This document shows positions 37,846 through 46,665 of a stretch of DNA of 64,000 nt, piece by piece. The stretch is taken from positions 124,585 to 188,584 of the forward strand of contig DASXTI010000062.1 of NCBI GenBank assembly GCA_036505535.1, given 5' to 3'. Under the pieces are notes generated by a model that saw only the letters and a program-made list of their open reading frames with translations, had not been told where the DNA came from and did no database searches. The position numbers and the translations under genes are program-made. Origin of the DNA: Thermoanaerobaculia bacterium (GTDB lineage: Bacteria; Acidobacteriota; Thermoanaerobaculia; UBA5066; Gp7-AA6). Each line of letters begins with the position of its first letter. Position 1 is the stretch's first letter.

Positions 37846-39038
37846 GCCTGGGCCTTCCATGCCCGTGCGAATGCCGAAAAGACTCTGATGCGTTTCTTGC
37901 CCGCCGCCACGAGGATCAGTTCTACCGCGATCCAGACGGAGTATGCCCAGACCATGTCCTGCCGCAACGAGGGCATCATGAACTGAATCAGCCAGAGCAG
38001 GAATAGACCGACCGCCTCATAGGTCTCGAAGCTCATCGAGGCGAGGAAGATCCAGCCCAGAAAGGCCTGCAGAATCGTCAGGAGGATCTCCAGCCGCTGA
38101 AACTCATCGAAGGGAAGCGGCGAGGTATCGCCATGGCTCCAGCAGTAGATCACCGCGAGAAGCCCCGAGAGAACCCCCCACTGATTGATGTTGGAAGAGA
38201 CCATGTTCATCAACGCCACGGGCGCTCGCGTGATCCGGCGGGCCCAGGCGAAGGCCGAAGTCTTCTCGGGAAACTCGGAGATGAAGGGGGCGACCCACTG
38301 GATGAAAACGAACTGCGAGATCCCCAGGCTCACGGCGACCGACATCATGGAGTTTAAGAAGGGCTCGGCGACGACGAAGATGATCGCGCCTCCGACCAGA
38401 AAGAGACCGGCGACTGCCGCCCACCGCCGGCCGCCGTGGAAGGACAACGCCCAGCGCGAGACGGCCGGGATTTCCTCGTCCTCTTCCAGCATCTCCGGCC
38501 GCGGCGGAAGCCGCAGCAGGATCACCAGGTACACGACGTATGTCGTGGTCAAGAAGGCGGCGTCCAGAAGCGACAGGTTCCCCTTCCCCCAGACGACGAC
38601 GAAATAGGCCAGAGGCGGAAGGAGGCCGAGGACTTCAACGGCATGTTGGTCGGCGAGGGTTATGGCGCGCAACGGCCGCTTCTCCTTCCGGCGTGAGAAG
38701 AAGGCTGCCACCGCGTAGATCATCGGCCAGCCGAAGCCCGTGAGAAGCCGGAGGCTGCCCGTGAAGTTGGCGATCGCGAGGTGGACCATGTCCGGATTCT
38801 TTCCCGCCTTCCACGCGATGACGGCTTCGACCGCGAATTCCGGCATCGTCTGAATGAGAGCGAGGATGGCGAGGGCGAGGCCTTGCGAGATCAGGAATTC
38901 GGCGGCCTCCGCCCCCCAAGCGACGACGAACGCGGCGCCGATCATCGCGGGAAAGGTCCAGACCGCCGACCACGGCGAGGCCGTCGGGGCCAGCTCCACG
39001 GCAGAGGTGATGAAGCTCTCGTCGCGGAGCGTTTTCAT
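37842..39038 (-). CDS. polytopic membrane protein, possible CaCA-type cation antiporter
   Basis: ~10 TM helices. Two internally repeated segments (GAEAAEFLISQGLALAILALIQTMPEFAVE / ISQFVFIQWVAPFISEFPEKTSAF) reminiscent of CaCA alpha-repeats. Confidence 0.5.
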   Translation of the reverse strand: MKTLRDESFITSAVELAPTASPWSAVWTFPAMIGAAFVVAWGAEAAEFLISQGLALAILALIQTMPEFAVEAVIAWKAGKNPDMVHLAIANFTGSLRLLTGFGWPMIYAVAAFFSRRKEKRPLRAITLADQHAVEVLGLLPPLAYFVVVWGKGNLSLLDAAFLTTTYVVYLVILLRLPPRPEMLEEDEEIPAVSRWALSFHGGRRWAAVAGLFLVGGAIIFVVAEPFLNSMMSVAVSLGISQFVFIQWVAPFISEFPEKTSAFAWARRITRAPVALMNMVSSNINQWGVLSGLLAVIYCWSHGDTSPLPFDEFQRLEILLTILQAFLGWIFLASMSFETYEAVGLFLLWLIQFMMPSLRQDMVWAYSVWIAVELILVAAGKKRIRVFSAFARAWKAQA

Positions 39039-39064
39039 CGCGCCGGGTTATAGCATGGAGATCG

Positions 39065-39829
39065 ATGCCGGCCATCGAGTCGCCGTCCAATCCTCTGATC
39101 CGGGAGATCGTGCGCCGCCTCGAAGAGAAGACGCATCTCTTACTCGAGGGGGAGAAAACGATACTGGACGCCGTGGGGGCGGGGATCCCGCTCGATTGTG
39201 TCCTCTACGACGCGAGTATTCGCCCGGGCCGGCTCGCGGCGCTGACTTCCGCTCACCCTCGCCTCGTTTCGCGCGCGGTGCTCGAGCGCCTTGCCGACTC
39301 GCACACGCCGCAACACCTTCTGGCCGTGGCCCGCCGACGCGACGTTCCCGTCGCGGAGATCCTGGCGCGCCCCGGACCCATCGTGTTCCTCTTCGGCATT
39401 CAGGATCCCGGCAACCTCGGCGCTATCGTCCGGGTTGCGGAGGCGGCAGGCGGCGCCGGGGTCCTGGGGGCTCCCGGAACGGCCGATTTCTTTCATCCAC
39501 GCGCCATTCGCGCAAGCGCCGGCAGCGCCCTCCGCATACCCGTCTCCGGGCGCGTCTCTTTCGAGCCCTTCGCGGCGGACGCGAAGGCCGCGAGCCGTCC
39601 CATTTGCGGCGCCGTGGCGGAGGGAGGCGAAGATCCCTTCGAAGGGCCTCTCTCACCGGCTTCCGTCCTCGTCGTCGGCGCCGAGGGCTTCGGCCTTCCC
39701 GCCGGCGCGTATCGATACCTCGACCGGAAGCTGACGATCCCGATGCGAGAGCCTGTCGACTCGCTCAACGCCGCCGTGGCAGTGGCGTTGCTGCTGTACT
39801 CGCCGGCGCTGCGTAAACAGGAGAATTGA
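39065..39829 (+). CDS. SpoU/TrmH-family RNA 2'-O-methyltransferase
   Basis: SPOUT motifs (VFLFGIQDPGNLGAIVRVAEAAG, LVVGAEGFGL, DSLNAAVAVALLLY). Confidence 0.8.
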   Translation: MPAIESPSNPLIREIVRRLEEKTHLLLEGEKTILDAVGAGIPLDCVLYDASIRPGRLAALTSAHPRLVSRAVLERLADSHTPQHLLAVARRRDVPVAEILARPGPIVFLFGIQDPGNLGAIVRVAEAAGGAGVLGAPGTADFFHPRAIRASAGSALRIPVSGRVSFEPFAADAKAASRPICGAVAEGGEDPFEGPLSPASVLVVGAEGFGLPAGAYRYLDRKLTIPMREPVDSLNAAVAVALLLYSPALRKQEN

Positions 39830-39909
39830 AGATTGATGATTGAAGATTAACGATTGAAGGTCAATGGTCTCGCCCCAATCGACAATCGTCAATCGGCAAT
39901 CGTCAATTC
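39823..39909. repeat. GATTG-core heptamer inverted array (5x NGATTGA then 5x CAATCGN)
   Basis: gaattga agattga tgattga agattaa cgattga ...loop... caatcga caatcgt caatcgg caatcgt caattc. Starts within the trmH stop codon. Confidence 0.8.
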
Positions 39910-40019
39910 TTCTTCCTGCCCTTCCGTTTCTTTTCGCCCGGTCTCGTCTTGAGCCGTGGAGCCTGATAGACCCTCTTCGGCGCCACGACCTTCTTCTGCC
40001 GGTTTCCGATTCCTTTCAT
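39903..40019 (-). CDS. candidate 38-aa Lys/Arg-rich small protein (MKGIGNRQKKVVAPKRVYQAPRLKTRPGEKKRKGRKKN)
   Basis: ATG overlaps AMMECR1 stop as ATGA. GAGGTG SD 9 nt upstream. Terminator-like heptamer hairpin immediately downstream. Confidence 0.3.
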   Translation of the reverse strand: MKGIGNRQKKVVAPKRVYQAPRLKTRPGEKKRKGRKKN

Positions 40020-40573
40020 TCCGAGAACACCTCTGCGCGAAACGCCCAGAGACGCGTTTCCGGATGCGCCCACGCCCGCGGGGGGAGGCCCGCCTTTTTC
40101 GATAGCTCCTGGAGAAAACGCTCTCGATCGAAGCCCCACTCCGTGGCGACCTGGGGCAGGAGCAAGCCTCTCCGCCCGAATGCCTCGATGATCAACCCGT
40201 CGCTACCGATCTCGATCTCCCCGAGCCCTTCGATGGACCGCGGCGCCGTTAAGACCGAGATTTCGATCGAGCACTCTTCCAGCTCGCTGGCTTCGAGCGG
40301 CGCGAAGCGCGGGTCCTCGAAAGCCGCGCGCAGCGCGTATTCGGAGATGACCCGCGTCAAGTCCCCCGCGGGCGCCAGCGTCCCGATGCAGCCCCGGAGC
40401 TGGCCGCGCTTCCGAAGCGTCACGAAGAGCCCGCGAGGCGTGCCGAAGGTCTCGGCGCGGTCGGAAGACAACCGGGGCGCGGGCTGACCCCGGAAATGCG
40501 CCTCGAGCGTGCCGCGGGCCAAACGCAGCAGGTCGGCGCGAGCCTCGTCGGAGAGCGGGGCGTCCGAGCTCAC
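40016..40573 (-). CDS. AMMECR1-domain protein
   Basis: Conserved LRGCIG and LLLPQVA motifs of the AMMECR1 family. Confidence 0.85.
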   Translation of the reverse strand: MSSDAPLSDEARADLLRLARGTLEAHFRGQPAPRLSSDRAETFGTPRGLFVTLRKRGQLRGCIGTLAPAGDLTRVISEYALRAAFEDPRFAPLEASELEECSIEISVLTAPRSIEGLGEIEIGSDGLIIEAFGRRGLLLPQVATEWGFDRERFLQELSKKAGLPPRAWAHPETRLWAFRAEVFSE

Positions 40574-41202
40574 GACCCCGTCTCTTCCCGGCGGGCCGAC
40601 CGATCGGGGAGCGCTTCGAGAAATGTCGTTATCGTCGCCTCGAGAAGCTCGAGACTCCCGTCGAAGAAGTGGTCCGCGCCCGGGATGACCACCATCTTCG
40701 CCGCCGACCCCTCGAGAAAACGCTCCAGGTCTTCCGGTGGCCCGTGGACGTCTCTCTCGCCAACGGCGAAGAGCGCCGGAGCCGCAGGCCTCGGAAGCTG
40801 CCGGCCCGACTCGGTCGCGACCGGAAGGCCGAGCCCGATGAACGCTTCGATTCGCGGGTCTTTCACCGTCGCCCGAAGCGCCACCGCCGCTCCAAACGAG
40901 AAGCCTCCCGCGACCAGCGGCAGTCCCGCATGATGCTGCGCCTCCGCGAGCGCCGCGCGAAAATCGTGGGTCTCGCCTCCTCCGGCGTCGTAGCGTCCCT
41001 CCGAGAGCCCCACTCCCCGAAAATTGAAGCGCAGAGTCGTGTATCCCGACTTCGTCAAGGCTTGCGCCACGCGGTAGACGACCCTGCTGTGCATCGTTCC
41101 GCCATGCAGAGGATGCGGATGCGCAAATACCGCCGCGCCGCGCGGCCTTCCGACGGCCTCCTTCCAGAGGCCTTCCAGCGTTCCGGCTGGACCGCGGAAC
41201 AT
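40570..41202 (-). CDS. alpha/beta-hydrolase (dienelactone hydrolase-like)
   Basis: AHPHPLHGGTMHS, nucleophile elbow GGFSFGA, C-terminal GADHFF. Start at Met225 of the track ORF; the upstream part is shadow of the + gene. Confidence 0.65.
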   Translation of the reverse strand: MFRGPAGTLEGLWKEAVGRPRGAAVFAHPHPLHGGTMHSRVVYRVAQALTKSGYTTLRFNFRGVGLSEGRYDAGGGETHDFRAALAEAQHHAGLPLVAGGFSFGAAVALRATVKDPRIEAFIGLGLPVATESGRQLPRPAAPALFAVGERDVHGPPEDLERFLEGSAAKMVVIPGADHFFDGSLELLEATITTFLEALPDRSARREETGS

Positions 41203-41332
41203 CACGGACTGGAGCCTGCCTGCCACGGACTCGCGTCCTCCGGTTGGCGAAACGCCGATCTCATCGTATCCTTCCCGCCGTCTTCCTTGAGGCGAGCCCG
41301 CCCAGGCGAAGCCACAAGGACAGGAGAACACG

Positions 41333-42391
41333 ATGAAGAAGATCGTCCATGTCGTCGGTACGGGCACGATCGGCGAGCCGCTCATCGGCCTCTTCGCCGA
41401 TTTCGGAAAGCATCTCGGGATCGACGAGGTCACCTTCCACAAGCGCACGCCGATGACGACCGAGCGGGCGAAGGTCAACCATCTGCTCGCGAGAGGCGCC
41501 CGGCTCGCCGTCGATTCCGACAAGGCCGCCGACTTCGAGGCTCTCGGCCACAAGGTTTCTTTCGAGGCCGAGGAGGCCCTCGAGCGGGCCACCGTCGTCA
41601 TCGATTGCACGCCGGCCGGAAACGAGAACAAGATACAGTACGAGCGGATCTCCGGGCCGAAGGGATTTCTCGCGCAGGGCAGCGAGTTCGGCTTCGGCAA
41701 GATGTATGCGATGGGGATCAACGACGAGGCCCTCGTTCCCGGCGAAGACCGTTTCCTCCAGATCGTCTCCTGCAACACGCACAACATCGCCTGCCTGATC
41801 ACCACGCTCGGATCGGAAGACTCGGGCGCCCGAATCTTGACGAGGGGACGCTTCGTGTGTATGCGTCGGGCCAACGACGTCTCGCAGGACTCGGGCTTCG
41901 CACCGGCCCCGTCGGTCGGAAAACACGATGACGCGGAGTTCGGAACACATCATGCCCGCGACGCCTCGGCACTGCTATCGACGATCGGCTGGAAGCCGCC
42001 CATCTTCTCCTCGGCGATGAAGTTGAACACCCAGTACATGCACTCACTCTGGTTCGACATGGAGGTCTCCAAGCCGACGACGCGTGAGAAGGTCCTATCG
42101 CAGCTCCGTTGCAATCGCCGGATCGCGGTCACCGAGAGGCGCTCGGCCAACCAGATCTTCTCTTTCGGCCGTGACCACGGCTACTACGGCCGGATCCTCT
42201 CCCAAGCCGTCATCTCGGCGCCGACGATGTCGGTAAAAGGGCGCGAGATCATCGGCTTCTGTTTCACGCCGCAGGACGGCAATTCGCTCGCGTCCTCGAT
42301 CAAGGCCGCGCTATGGCTCATGGAACCGGATTCCAAAGAGCTCCGGGAGCGCATGTCGGTACTGGATCGGTTCTTCTTCCGGGAGATCTAG
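41333..42391 (+). CDS. type II (archaeal-type) glyceraldehyde-3-phosphate dehydrogenase-like NAD(P) oxidoreductase
   Basis: N-terminal Rossmann VHVVGTGTIGEPL. Catalytic-Cys block IVSCNTHNIACLITTL resembles archaeal GAPDH SCNTT motif. Confidence 0.55.
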   Translation: MKKIVHVVGTGTIGEPLIGLFADFGKHLGIDEVTFHKRTPMTTERAKVNHLLARGARLAVDSDKAADFEALGHKVSFEAEEALERATVVIDCTPAGNENKIQYERISGPKGFLAQGSEFGFGKMYAMGINDEALVPGEDRFLQIVSCNTHNIACLITTLGSEDSGARILTRGRFVCMRRANDVSQDSGFAPAPSVGKHDDAEFGTHHARDASALLSTIGWKPPIFSSAMKLNTQYMHSLWFDMEVSKPTTREKVLSQLRCNRRIAVTERRSANQIFSFGRDHGYYGRILSQAVISAPTMSVKGREIIGFCFTPQDGNSLASSIKAALWLMEPDSKELRERMSVLDRFFFREI

Positions 42392-42395
42392 AAGG

Positions 42396-42493
42396 GAATT
42401 GGCGATTGCCGATTGGTGATTGGTGATTGCCGATAGACACGGTCGATCGTCTCAATCACAAATCACAAATCACCAATCTCAAATCTCCAATCC
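42396..42493. repeat. GATTG-core heptamer inverted array (5x GATTGNN then 6x NNNAATC)
   Basis: attggc gattgcc gattggt gattggt gattgcc ...loop... ctcaatc acaaatc acaaatc accaatc tcaaatc tccaatc. Confidence 0.8.
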
Positions 42494-42520
42494 CCTAGGT
42501 GCCGGGCTCCGCCTGCTACC

Positions 42521-43438
42521 ATGGGCGTCATGTCCTGGGTCACGTGTCCTCACTGCGGATTCACGCAGATTCCGTCGGTGGAATGTCTGAAGTGCCGCAA
42601 GCGGCTCGACAGATCCCTGGAGCCGCCGCAACCTCCTGCGCGTTCGACGCCCACGCGGGCGACCTTCGGCTGGCACGGCATTCCCCGGCCGCACCGGATC
42701 GCCCTGGCGAGCCTGACCATACTCCTATTCGTCGGAGTCCTGTACTGGAGCACGCGTTCGCCGGCGGCTGCCGAAAAGGCGAACCTCACGGCGCCGCCGA
42801 CCCCCGCGCCGTGGGCGCTGGACCTGACGGGTCGCTGGGAGGGCAAGGTCGCGACCACGATCGCGGGCCCTCCCCCGCGCCCGGCGCTGCGTGAGGTGTC
42901 GCTCGAGACCGATCGGTCCGGCAACCTGGTCTCTGCCGGTGTCACGCTGACGGATCCCGGGCGCGGCGGCGCGGGTGCGGGCTATCTCACGGTTCCGGAC
43001 GGACAGCGGCGGCTGCGCGAGATCTCGGGTGCCCTTCTCGCCTCCCCGCGCGGCGCCGCGCCGAACGTCGACTTCATTCCGTTCCCCCCGTGGGTTCCCC
43101 GGCGAGACCGCCTCTGGCGAGCGCTCGAGGGACAGCGCCGCAACCCGGAAGAGACGAGGTACCTGCTCATCGAATCCCTCGAGACCGACTATCTCGTCCA
43201 GGCGGGGGTGAACGCGAGCGGTTTCCTATCCTATCTCTATCTCTCCCCACCCTATGCTTCCGGACGGGGGACCGACGTTCTGTCCAAAGTCATCCACCCC
43301 AATTCGGATAGCTCCCTGCGCGGCTTCCGCTCGATCGTTTGGGACCTCTCGGGCGCAGCAGACTTCGTCGGGCTCCAGGTCAATGCCACGATCTCGGGGC
43401 CGGCCGGAGGGCTCGACCGATTGGTACTGAGACGCTGA
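42521..43438 (+). CDS. hypothetical membrane protein with N-terminal zinc-ribbon (CPHC...CLKC)
   Basis: Zinc-ribbon cysteines, one TM helix (IALASLTILLFVGVLYW). No other recognisable domain. Confidence 0.5.
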   Translation: MGVMSWVTCPHCGFTQIPSVECLKCRKRLDRSLEPPQPPARSTPTRATFGWHGIPRPHRIALASLTILLFVGVLYWSTRSPAAAEKANLTAPPTPAPWALDLTGRWEGKVATTIAGPPPRPALREVSLETDRSGNLVSAGVTLTDPGRGGAGAGYLTVPDGQRRLREISGALLASPRGAAPNVDFIPFPPWVPRRDRLWRALEGQRRNPEETRYLLIESLETDYLVQAGVNASGFLSYLYLSPPYASGRGTDVLSKVIHPNSDSSLRGFRSIVWDLSGAADFVGLQVNATISGPAGGLDRLVLRR

Positions 43439-43448
43439 CCATACCGAA

Positions 43449-43515
43449 GGTTTCTGGTTCCTGGTCTCTGGTTACTGGTTGAAGAGAGAGAACCAGAAAC
43501 CAGAAACAAGAAACC
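43449..43515. repeat. CTGGTT-core heptamer inverted array (4x NNNCTGG then 3x AACCAGA)
   Basis: tttctgg ttcctgg tctctgg ttactgg tt ...gaagagagag... aaccaga aaccaga aacaaga aacc. Between convergent genes. Confidence 0.8.
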
Positions 43516-43519
43516 CTTT

Positions 43520-44455
43520 TCAGGCGGAGACCACGTAGCCGCCGCTCTTGGCGTCCTTCTTCATCGTGACGATGCCGTGCCGCTCGGCATCCTCGAGCAG
43601 CTCCGAAAAGGACTTGTAGCCGTAGTACGACTCGTTGAAGTAGGGCTGCTTGCGCTGCATCGTCTGTTTGATCATCGAGCCCCAGATGACATCGTAGTTC
43701 TCGCGCCGCAGAGCCTGGATGGAGTCGAGGACGAGCCGGAAGACTTCCTGCTTTTTCTTCGGCAGGTTGTCGATCGAGGGCATGGCCCGCGTCTCGCGGA
43801 CGAGATCCTCGTAGAAGATGAACTCGTCGCAGTTGGAGATGAGCAGGTTGGACGTGGAGTTCTTCACGCCGACGCCGATGACGCTCTTGTCGTTCTCCTT
43901 CAGCTTGGAGACCAGCGGCGAGAAATCCGAATCGCCCGAGCAGATCACGAACGTGGTGATGTGCCCTTTGGAGGCGACCAAGTCCATGGCGTCCACGACC
44001 ATGCGTATGTCGGCCGAGTTCTTGGCCGCATAGTTGCGCTGGGGGATGTCCACGAGCTCGATCGCGGCCTCGTGAAACTCGCGCTTGTATTCGGAGTATC
44101 GCGTCCAGTCTGCGTAGGCCTTCTTGTATACGATGCGTCCCTTCTCGATGAGTCGCTGGAGCACCAGGTGGATGTCGAACTTCTTGTACTGCGCGTCCCG
44201 AACCCCGAGGGCGATGTTCTCGAAGTCGATGAACAGAGAGAGCCGCTGGTCAACCGAGGTCCGCGCGGGAGGAACCGGCGCCACGCTCATGGGAGCCGTC
44301 GCCGAGCTCATGGGGGGGAGCACCGGCGGCGGTGCCTCCTCGGCGGGAATTGGAAATGCCTTGTGCCGCCGGGCGCCGCCTCGGCGACGTCGGGCGGGCT
44401 TCCTGTCCGTCTCCGCGGTCTCGGCCGCGGGAAACGGAACGGTATCGTCGATCAT
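43520..44455 (-). CDS. NYN-domain ribonuclease-like protein with C-terminal OST-HTH/LOTUS domain
   Basis: NYN core (LFIDFENI, DIHLVLQ, VICSGDSDFSPLV). C-terminal LOTUS-like helical domain (FRLVLDSIQALRR...YGYKSFSELLEDAERHGIV). Confidence 0.8.
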   Translation of the reverse strand: MIDDTVPFPAAETAETDRKPARRRRGGARRHKAFPIPAEEAPPPVLPPMSSATAPMSVAPVPPARTSVDQRLSLFIDFENIALGVRDAQYKKFDIHLVLQRLIEKGRIVYKKAYADWTRYSEYKREFHEAAIELVDIPQRNYAAKNSADIRMVVDAMDLVASKGHITTFVICSGDSDFSPLVSKLKENDKSVIGVGVKNSTSNLLISNCDEFIFYEDLVRETRAMPSIDNLPKKKQEVFRLVLDSIQALRRENYDVIWGSMIKQTMQRKQPYFNESYYGYKSFSELLEDAERHGIVTMKKDAKSGGYVVSA

Positions 44456-44925
44456 GGTGTCCTTTCAGGAGCGTAATCGAAGGAGGAAGTTGTCAGCACG
44501 AAGGTCGCCAGGGCCCGCGCGACTTCTCGCCCGGTACCATCGACGATCTCGACCTCTCCGACATTGACACGCTTTCCTTTCTTGAGGATTCGCGCCCGCG
44601 CCAGGACCTCCCCCTTGGCCCGGTGCAGGAAGTGGACCGTCAAGTCCGCGGTCGCGAATCCCATCTTTCCGTCGAAATTCGTGGCCAGCGCAAACGCCAC
44701 CGCGGAGTCCGCGAGGGTGGCGAGCACTCCTCCGTGCACGGTCCCCGACCCGTTGGTGGTCTCCTCCCGGTACGGCAGTCGAAGGACGCAGTGGTCGAGG
44801 GAAAGCTCCTCCAGGCTCGGGCGCAGCCAGCCCAGAGCGGGCGAGTCGGCGAGGCGTTTCCGCAGGCGCTGCAGAAGGTCGGGGGCAAGCCCGCGAGCCT
44901 CCTGCGTGGCCGTTTGAAGGCTCAC
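44452..44925 (-). CDS. PaaI-family hotdog thioesterase
   Basis: TVHGGVLATLADSA motif. ATGA overlap with NYN gene. Confidence 0.8.
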   Translation of the reverse strand: MSLQTATQEARGLAPDLLQRLRKRLADSPALGWLRPSLEELSLDHCVLRLPYREETTNGSGTVHGGVLATLADSAVAFALATNFDGKMGFATADLTVHFLHRAKGEVLARARILKKGKRVNVGEVEIVDGTGREVARALATFVLTTSSFDYAPERTP

Positions 44926-44966
44926 GAAGGCTCTATTCTAAGCGATTCGGGGCCGGCCCTGTCGGC

Positions 44967-45242
44967 TCACTCCGGCGGCTCTTCGGGCTCTTCTTCCCGG
45001 CTGTAGTAAGGGAGCTCCTCGGCCCGGCGCGTCGAGTTGTCCAGATGCTTCGGGACCTCCAGGATCGTGCGCGTCACGTTGGGATCGCAGATCTCGTTCT
45101 CGCACTCGTACGTGTAGATGTTCTTATCCCCGGCTTTCCGGAACTTCACGATCGCCTGGTAGGAGTCGCAGTTGCCACACTTGACCGACATCATGAAGAT
45201 GTCGATGACGTGCAGATCCGGACGCTCCTCGGACGACGACAT
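44967..45242 (-). CDS. small zinc-ribbon protein with acidic C-terminus
   Basis: CGNC...YECENEIC cysteine pairs. Start chosen at MSSSEERPDL; the upstream Arg-rich part was rejected. Confidence 0.4.
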   Translation of the reverse strand: MSSSEERPDLHVIDIFMMSVKCGNCDSYQAIVKFRKAGDKNIYTYECENEICDPNVTRTILEVPKHLDNSTRRAEELPYYSREEEPEEPPE

Positions 45243-45276
45243 CGCGGCAATGATACGCTTCGCACGCGAGGTGAAC

Positions 45277-45729
45277 ATGAGGAGTCGGCTTTCGCTCCTG
45301 GCGGCTCTTCTCCTCGCCGCCACCCCCCTCCTCGGGGATGACGGGCGTTTCGAGAAGACCATTGCTTTTCCCCGGAGCGGCGATCAGAAGCTGGACTGGA
45401 CCCATCAGAGGTGCACGATCCGGAGCGTTCAGGTGCGCAACTATCCGGACTCGGAGGACATCGAAAAGGCGCGCCAGAGAGACCCGAGCGACAAGTCATG
45501 GCTCTGGTGGGAGTTCCACATCGACAACCGCGGTGACAGGGACTGCAAGGTCAAACTCTGGATCGAGGTCCTGGACAAGAACGGGAAGGTCGTCAAGGCA
45601 GACGATCGGAGCGGCACAGTCGACGCCGGCAAGATCGACGACGCGATTCGAGTCTCCGGGCGCATGCGCACCATCGACGCCGCCGATTCGCCGAAGGTGC
45701 GGGTCCGTGGCGAGATCATCCCGAAGTAG
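45277..45729 (+). CDS. hypothetical secreted protein
   Basis: Signal peptide MRSRLSLLAALLLAATPLLG. Charged beta-rich mature part. Divergent from the zinc-ribbon gene. Confidence 0.45.
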   Translation: MRSRLSLLAALLLAATPLLGDDGRFEKTIAFPRSGDQKLDWTHQRCTIRSVQVRNYPDSEDIEKARQRDPSDKSWLWWEFHIDNRGDRDCKVKLWIEVLDKNGKVVKADDRSGTVDAGKIDDAIRVSGRMRTIDAADSPKVRVRGEIIPK

Positions 45730-45741
45730 CTCCGGCCCGCG

Positions 45742-46665
45742 ATGACCGTTGCGCCCGAGCAGACGTCGGACCCATTCGACTACGCCGCGGTTCTTTCGCG
45801 CCTCGCTCACCGCCACCGCGACTCCGGCGTGATCTCGCTGGAAGGCGCCGACCGAGTGGCGTTCCTCCAGGGGCAACTCACTCAGGACGTCGGCACGCTA
45901 GCGACCGGGCATTCCCGCCCCACGGCGGGCTTAACGCCGAAGGGGAAGCTCCTCTACTTCGGAAGCGTCGTCGCGCTCCCGGATCGAATGCTGCTGCTCA
46001 TTCCCGGTTCCCGCCGCGCCGCCGTCGCCGCGCACCTGTCGAAGTACGCCGTCTTTCAGAAAGTAAGCATTCGCGATGCTTCGGAGGAGTTTTTTCGCAC
46101 GGCTCTCTATGGTCCGCTGGCCGCGTCCATCGCGGCTCCCGCCGGCGGAATCCGGCTTCCCGCGGAAGGAGAGCTCGCCGGCGAGATCCTCGCTCCGGCC
46201 CCCCTGCGCGCCGAGCTCGAGGGGCGGCTCGACGAGGCGGGATCGATCGTCGTCGGGCCCCACACCGCGGAGATTCTTCGCGTCGAGGCGGGGCGGCCGC
46301 GGTTCGGGCAGGACGCGGACGAATCGAACCTTCCCGACGAGGTGGGCCTCCAGAGCGCCATCTCGACGACCAAGGGCTGCTACGTGGGGCAGGAAATCGT
46401 GGCCCGACTGCGAACCTACGGGCGCGTCAATCGGCGCCTCGTCGGCTTCCGGTTTCCGAAGAGCGCCGTGCCGGCCGGGACGGCCTTTCCCAATCCGGAA
46501 AAACCGGATCATGAGCTCGGCCGCGTCACGAGCGCCGTCATTTCTCCGCGTTTCGGCTCGATCGGCCTCGGTTTCGCGTTCCGCGAGATCCCGGAGGGGG
46601 CCGAGCTCGCGGCGGCCGGCCGACCGGACCAATGTGCCGTCGTGGCTCCTCTCCCCTTCGCGTGA
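45742..46665 (+). CDS. YgfZ-family folate-binding protein (GcvT-like)
   Basis: Conserved TKGCYVGQEIVARL motif and GcvT-fold N-domain. Confidence 0.8.
   Translation: MTVAPEQTSDPFDYAAVLSRLAHRHRDSGVISLEGADRVAFLQGQLTQDVGTLATGHSRPTAGLTPKGKLLYFGSVVALPDRMLLLIPGSRRAAVAAHLSKYAVFQKVSIRDASEEFFRTALYGPLAASIAAPAGGIRLPAEGELAGEILAPAPLRAELEGRLDEAGSIVVGPHTAEILRVEAGRPRFGQDADESNLPDEVGLQSAISTTKGCYVGQEIVARLRTYGRVNRRLVGFRFPKSAVPAGTAFPNPEKPDHELGRVTSAVISPRFGSIGLGFAFREIPEGAELAAAGRPDQCAVVAPLPFA

Noticed and set aside
40570-41874. Upstream 224 codons of track ORF 40570..41874
   Set aside because: Overlaps the divergent GAPDH-like gene. Composition poor. The alpha/beta hydrolase starts at Met225 (41202).
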